Source: a bacterium (GTDB taxonomy: Bacteria > UBA6262 > WVXT01). Taken from it: DNA of 38,597 nt. Position 1 is the first letter of the stretch. Each line of letters starts with the position of its first letter. Shown in pieces: positions 35,909-38,597 of this stretch. The stretch lies in NCBI GenBank assembly GCA_046759165.1, contig JBHIBS010000016.1, positions 1-38,597 on the forward strand, written 5' to 3'. The notes under the pieces were generated by a model. It searched no databases and was not told the DNA's origin. It saw only the letters and a program-made list of their open reading frames with translations. The translations under genes were made by a program, and so were the position numbers.

Positions 35909-36712
35909 TCAGGCAGCTTTTTCTATGGGTGTGATCTTTTCCCCGGCTGCCCTCTTCCTCAATTGTGGAGCCAGGTAGGCCTTCAATTTGGCTTCCATAA
36001 TACTGGGAATCTCCCCTACCTGCAAGGAGAGAACTCCTCTAATAATAACTTCCTTGATAAATATCTCATCTTCACTGCGGCGTTTCAATTTCCCAGCAAT
36101 GGGCAAGAAGAAAAGGTAGCCAGCCACCGCGCCATAAAAAGTGGTTAAAAGGGCTACCGCCATACCAATAGCAATCCCACTCTGGTCTTCAATGCGGGCA
36201 AGCATCATAATTAGTCCCATAATTGTGCCAATCATACCAAAGGCAGGACAGTATGTGCCCAGAGTTAAGAAAATCTCCTGCCCCACACGGTGCCTCTCAC
36301 GAATGAATGTTATCTCTGTTTCTAGCTCAGTGCGGATTCTCTCCTGCTCGGCGCCATCAACAACTAATTGCACACCCTTCCTCAGAAAATCATTATTGAT
36401 CTTATTTAATTCTTTCTCAAGTTCCAATATCCCTCGCTTGTGAGCTATCTTGGTGAAATTTATAAGCTGGTTGATTAATTCAGTAGGATCTTCGTCCTTC
36501 TCTGTTAAAACTTTCTTCGCAATTTTGAAAACTCCCAAAACCTGCTTCATGGGATAATTGACCAGTGTGGCAGCAAAGGCACCCCCAAAAGTAATAAACA
36601 TTGAAGATATATCAAAGAAGCCCTTTAACCCCATCCCTCCCATTCTCATAAAGATGGCAACACCAATTAAGCTAATTCCGCTTACCACTCCTAAAATAGT
36701 GGTAATGTCCAT
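35909..36712 (-). CDS. motA: Flagellar stator subunit MotA/PomA
   Basis: G+L.LE, FL.KG.QL.VDG, PAFGMIGT.MGL and MAVALLTTFYG...P+A.KL. Confidence 0.93.
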   Translation of the reverse strand: MDITTILGVVSGISLIGVAIFMRMGGMGLKGFFDISSMFITFGGAFAATLVNYPMKQVLGVFKIAKKVLTEKDEDPTELINQLINFTKIAHKRGILELEKELNKINNDFLRKGVQLVVDGAEQERIRTELETEITFIRERHRVGQEIFLTLGTYCPAFGMIGTIMGLIMMLARIEDQSGIAIGMAVALLTTFYGAVAGYLFFLPIAGKLKRRSEDEIFIKEVIIRGVLSLQVGEIPSIMEAKLKAYLAPQLRKRAAGEKITPIEKAA

Positions 36713-36720
36713 TTCTCCTC

Positions 36721-36954
36721 CTATTGTGGCTTGTCACTTTTCGCTTGTCTTTTATTCCAGTTCTTAGTTCTTTTTTGATTTACCAAGCATCGGTATTCCA
36801 TAATCTTTTCAATGACTTCTGGAACCGTATCTTTCACAAGTATCTTATTTCCTGTAGCCAAAGAAATGGTTGTATCCGGCCTGGCCTGAACTGTTTCAAT
36901 CAGCTCAGCGTTTATAACTACCTCTTCTCCATTTATCTTTCTCACTTTAATCAC
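36721..36954 (-). CDS. flbD: FlbD/SwrD family flagellar protein
   Basis: IKV...NGEE..INAELIE.V...PDT.I.L.TG.K+.VK. Start set at GTG 36954. Confidence 0.88.
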   Translation of the reverse strand: MIKVRKINGEEVVINAELIETVQARPDTTISLATGNKILVKDTVPEVIEKIMEYRCLVNQKRTKNWNKRQAKSDKPQ

Positions 36955-36999
36955 TTTAGAATCCTTCACGACTTGAAATTGTATCCACAAAATCCCTGA

Positions 37000-38568
37000 T
37001 TATTCAGCGCTTACGGGTTCATTCAGCCACTGCCAAAATTTTACCATCATGCCATGCTTAGCCTTGGCTAACTGTGTGTTAATTTCTTCTTCTCTTTTTT
37101 TCTCTTCATCCCTGAGTCGCGCCTGTTTCTCTGCAATTTCAGCAAGTGCCTGCGATGCTTCCTTTTCCTTAGTTAACTCTGTTTCTAACTCTTTTATCTT
37201 TCTCTCTTTCTCACTCAGCTCTTCTGACGCTGCCATTTCCGTCTCTACTACTTTAGCCTTCATTCTTCTTATCTCTTCCTCTTTACTTCTAACCATTTCT
37301 TCCTTATCCAAAGACTCATTTTTTTCTATTTCCAATTCCTTTCTTAGCCCTTCTATCTTCTCCTCCAGTTCTGCCTTTGGTCCCTCTGATTGTTTTCTCT
37401 TCTCTTCTACCTCATTTTGAAGCTCTTCTTTTCGCCGGGAAAACTCTTCTTGCATCTGCTTTATCTTTTGCTTAATTTCATTATTCTCTTCTTCTTTTAC
37501 TTTTAACCTTTCTTCCCATTGCGACCTCTGATTTTGTAATTCTTTCTCTAGCTTTTCCTTTATTGTTTGAAATTCTCCCTCTCTCTCTTCATATAGTTCT
37601 ATCTCCAAGTTTTTGACTTTCTTTTTCATCTCTTCTCTTATCTGGTCTATTTCCTTCTCTCTCTTCTCCCGCTCATGCTTAAGTTCCATATCTTTCTGAG
37701 CTAAGAGCTCCCCAAATGAACCCACCAAGTCCCTCTGCCTTGCCAGTTCCCTTTCTAATGCTTTCAGTTCTATCTCTTTCCTCTGAAATTCACCCTCCAA
37801 TAGGTCTCCCCTTTGAGAAGTTCCTCTATACGGCAGATATTTTTGTTCCTCTAATTTACGATTCACTTCTTTTAGTCTGTCCTCAAGATATTCTGTTAAT
37901 CTCTCTAACCTCTGTTTCAGCCTTCTACTGTCTTCTTTAAATTCCTGCTCTTTATATTCCAATTCCATTTTGAATATCCTGTTCTCATCTTCTCGGCTTA
38001 TAAATTCTTTCTGTCGCATCTTCTTTTCCTCCAAAAGTTTATTCTCTAACTCATCCACTCTCTGCTCCTCTCTTCTCAATTCCTCTTCAGTTCTTGCTAT
38101 TATCTCCCCGCTACTCTTCAACATCTCTCTCAACGTTTGTTTCTCTTTCTGTACTTCCTTTTCCAAATCCTGGAGTCTGGAGGTGAGTTCTTCTTTCTTC
38201 TTAGTTTTCTCTATTTTCAAATTCTCTATTTCCTTATTCAGCTCTGCCTGGAGTTTGCTTTTTTCCTCCTCTTTAGCCTTCAGCTTAGCTTCCATCACAT
38301 CTATCTTCGGAGAGGAGATTCTCCTCTCCTCTTCCAGCTTTTCCCTTATTTCTTTCAACTCCCTTTCAACATGTCCCTTTAAGACATTTGCCTCTTCTTC
38401 TCTCTTAATTCTTTCAAGCTCGAGTTCCTCTATCCTCTGCCTCAGCTCCCTTTCTATTCTATTCTTCTCTTTCTCTTTAGCTCTGAGTCTCCCCTCAAGC
38501 TCACTCTTGACTTCCTCAAATTCTCTCTCCTTATCTTCCAATTTCGCCTTCCCTCTCTTTCTCCTCAT
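37000..38568 (-). CDS. Long Glu/Lys/Arg-rich coiled-coil protein of unknown function; possibly extends past the window edge through a frameshift
   Basis: 522 aa of heptad-like E/K/L/R sequence ending in the short aromatic tail KFWQWLNEP. Confidence 0.75.
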   Translation of the reverse strand: MRRKRGKAKLEDKEREFEEVKSELEGRLRAKEKEKNRIERELRQRIEELELERIKREEEANVLKGHVERELKEIREKLEEERRISSPKIDVMEAKLKAKEEEKSKLQAELNKEIENLKIEKTKKKEELTSRLQDLEKEVQKEKQTLREMLKSSGEIIARTEEELRREEQRVDELENKLLEEKKMRQKEFISREDENRIFKMELEYKEQEFKEDSRRLKQRLERLTEYLEDRLKEVNRKLEEQKYLPYRGTSQRGDLLEGEFQRKEIELKALERELARQRDLVGSFGELLAQKDMELKHEREKREKEIDQIREEMKKKVKNLEIELYEEREGEFQTIKEKLEKELQNQRSQWEERLKVKEEENNEIKQKIKQMQEEFSRRKEELQNEVEEKRKQSEGPKAELEEKIEGLRKELEIEKNESLDKEEMVRSKEEEIRRMKAKVVETEMAASEELSEKERKIKELETELTKEKEASQALAEIAEKQARLRDEEKKREEEINTQLAKAKHGMMVKFWQWLNEPVSAE

Positions 38569-38597
38569 TTTCCAACTTTCCCTTTATCTCTCTTTCC

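Noticed and set aside
71-38382. Numerous plus-strand ORFs in the track (e.g. 71-592, 1553-2077, 27293-28093)
   Set aside because: They lie antisense to well-supported genes, are mostly Ser/Pro/Phe-rich shadow frames and show no recognisable motifs.
35233-38568. Zorya-type anti-phage system (MotAB homologues plus coiled coil)
   Set aside because: MotA is normal length with no long tail, flbD is adjacent, and no ZorC/D/E-like genes are seen.
1-38597. tRNA, rRNA, selenocysteine read-through, transposase or integrase genes; taxonomic assignment
   Set aside because: None were recognisable and no redox gene appears truncated at an in-frame TGA. Gene content suggests an anaerobic acetogen-like lineage, but the taxon cannot be established without a search.

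Overview
Gene-dense region from an anaerobic bacterium with every credible gene on the minus strand. From about 25.6 kb down to 157 runs an apparently co-transcribed Wood-Ljungdahl (acetyl-CoA pathway) supercluster: panE, fhs, free-standing lipoyl domain, metV, lpdA, lipB, lipA, metF, fchA, folD, yjbQ, HPS-RraA fusion, MesB-like methionine synthase, pabB, pabC-like, cooC, cooS, cooF, a HydC/HydB/truncated HydA (NuoEFG-like) module, and acsB. It is headed by a sigma70-type promoter and a perfect Rex-type operator. acsB carries a 529-aa LAGLIDADG intein inserted immediately before the Cys-Gly-Cys nickel-binding motif. Four intergenic copies of a nested, self-similar palindromic element are present. 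Two of them are complementary partial copies that bracket the metV-lpdA-lipB-lipA-metF block with 161-bp direct repeats. Upstream are housekeeping genes (glyA, LMW phosphatase, tsaC, argJ, argC, sppA, rpsI, rplM), a frameshifted wecA/tagO relic, an unannotated 58-aa membrane protein, flbD-motA-motB and a long coiled-coil protein. Protein calls come from motif recognition only; no database searches were run.
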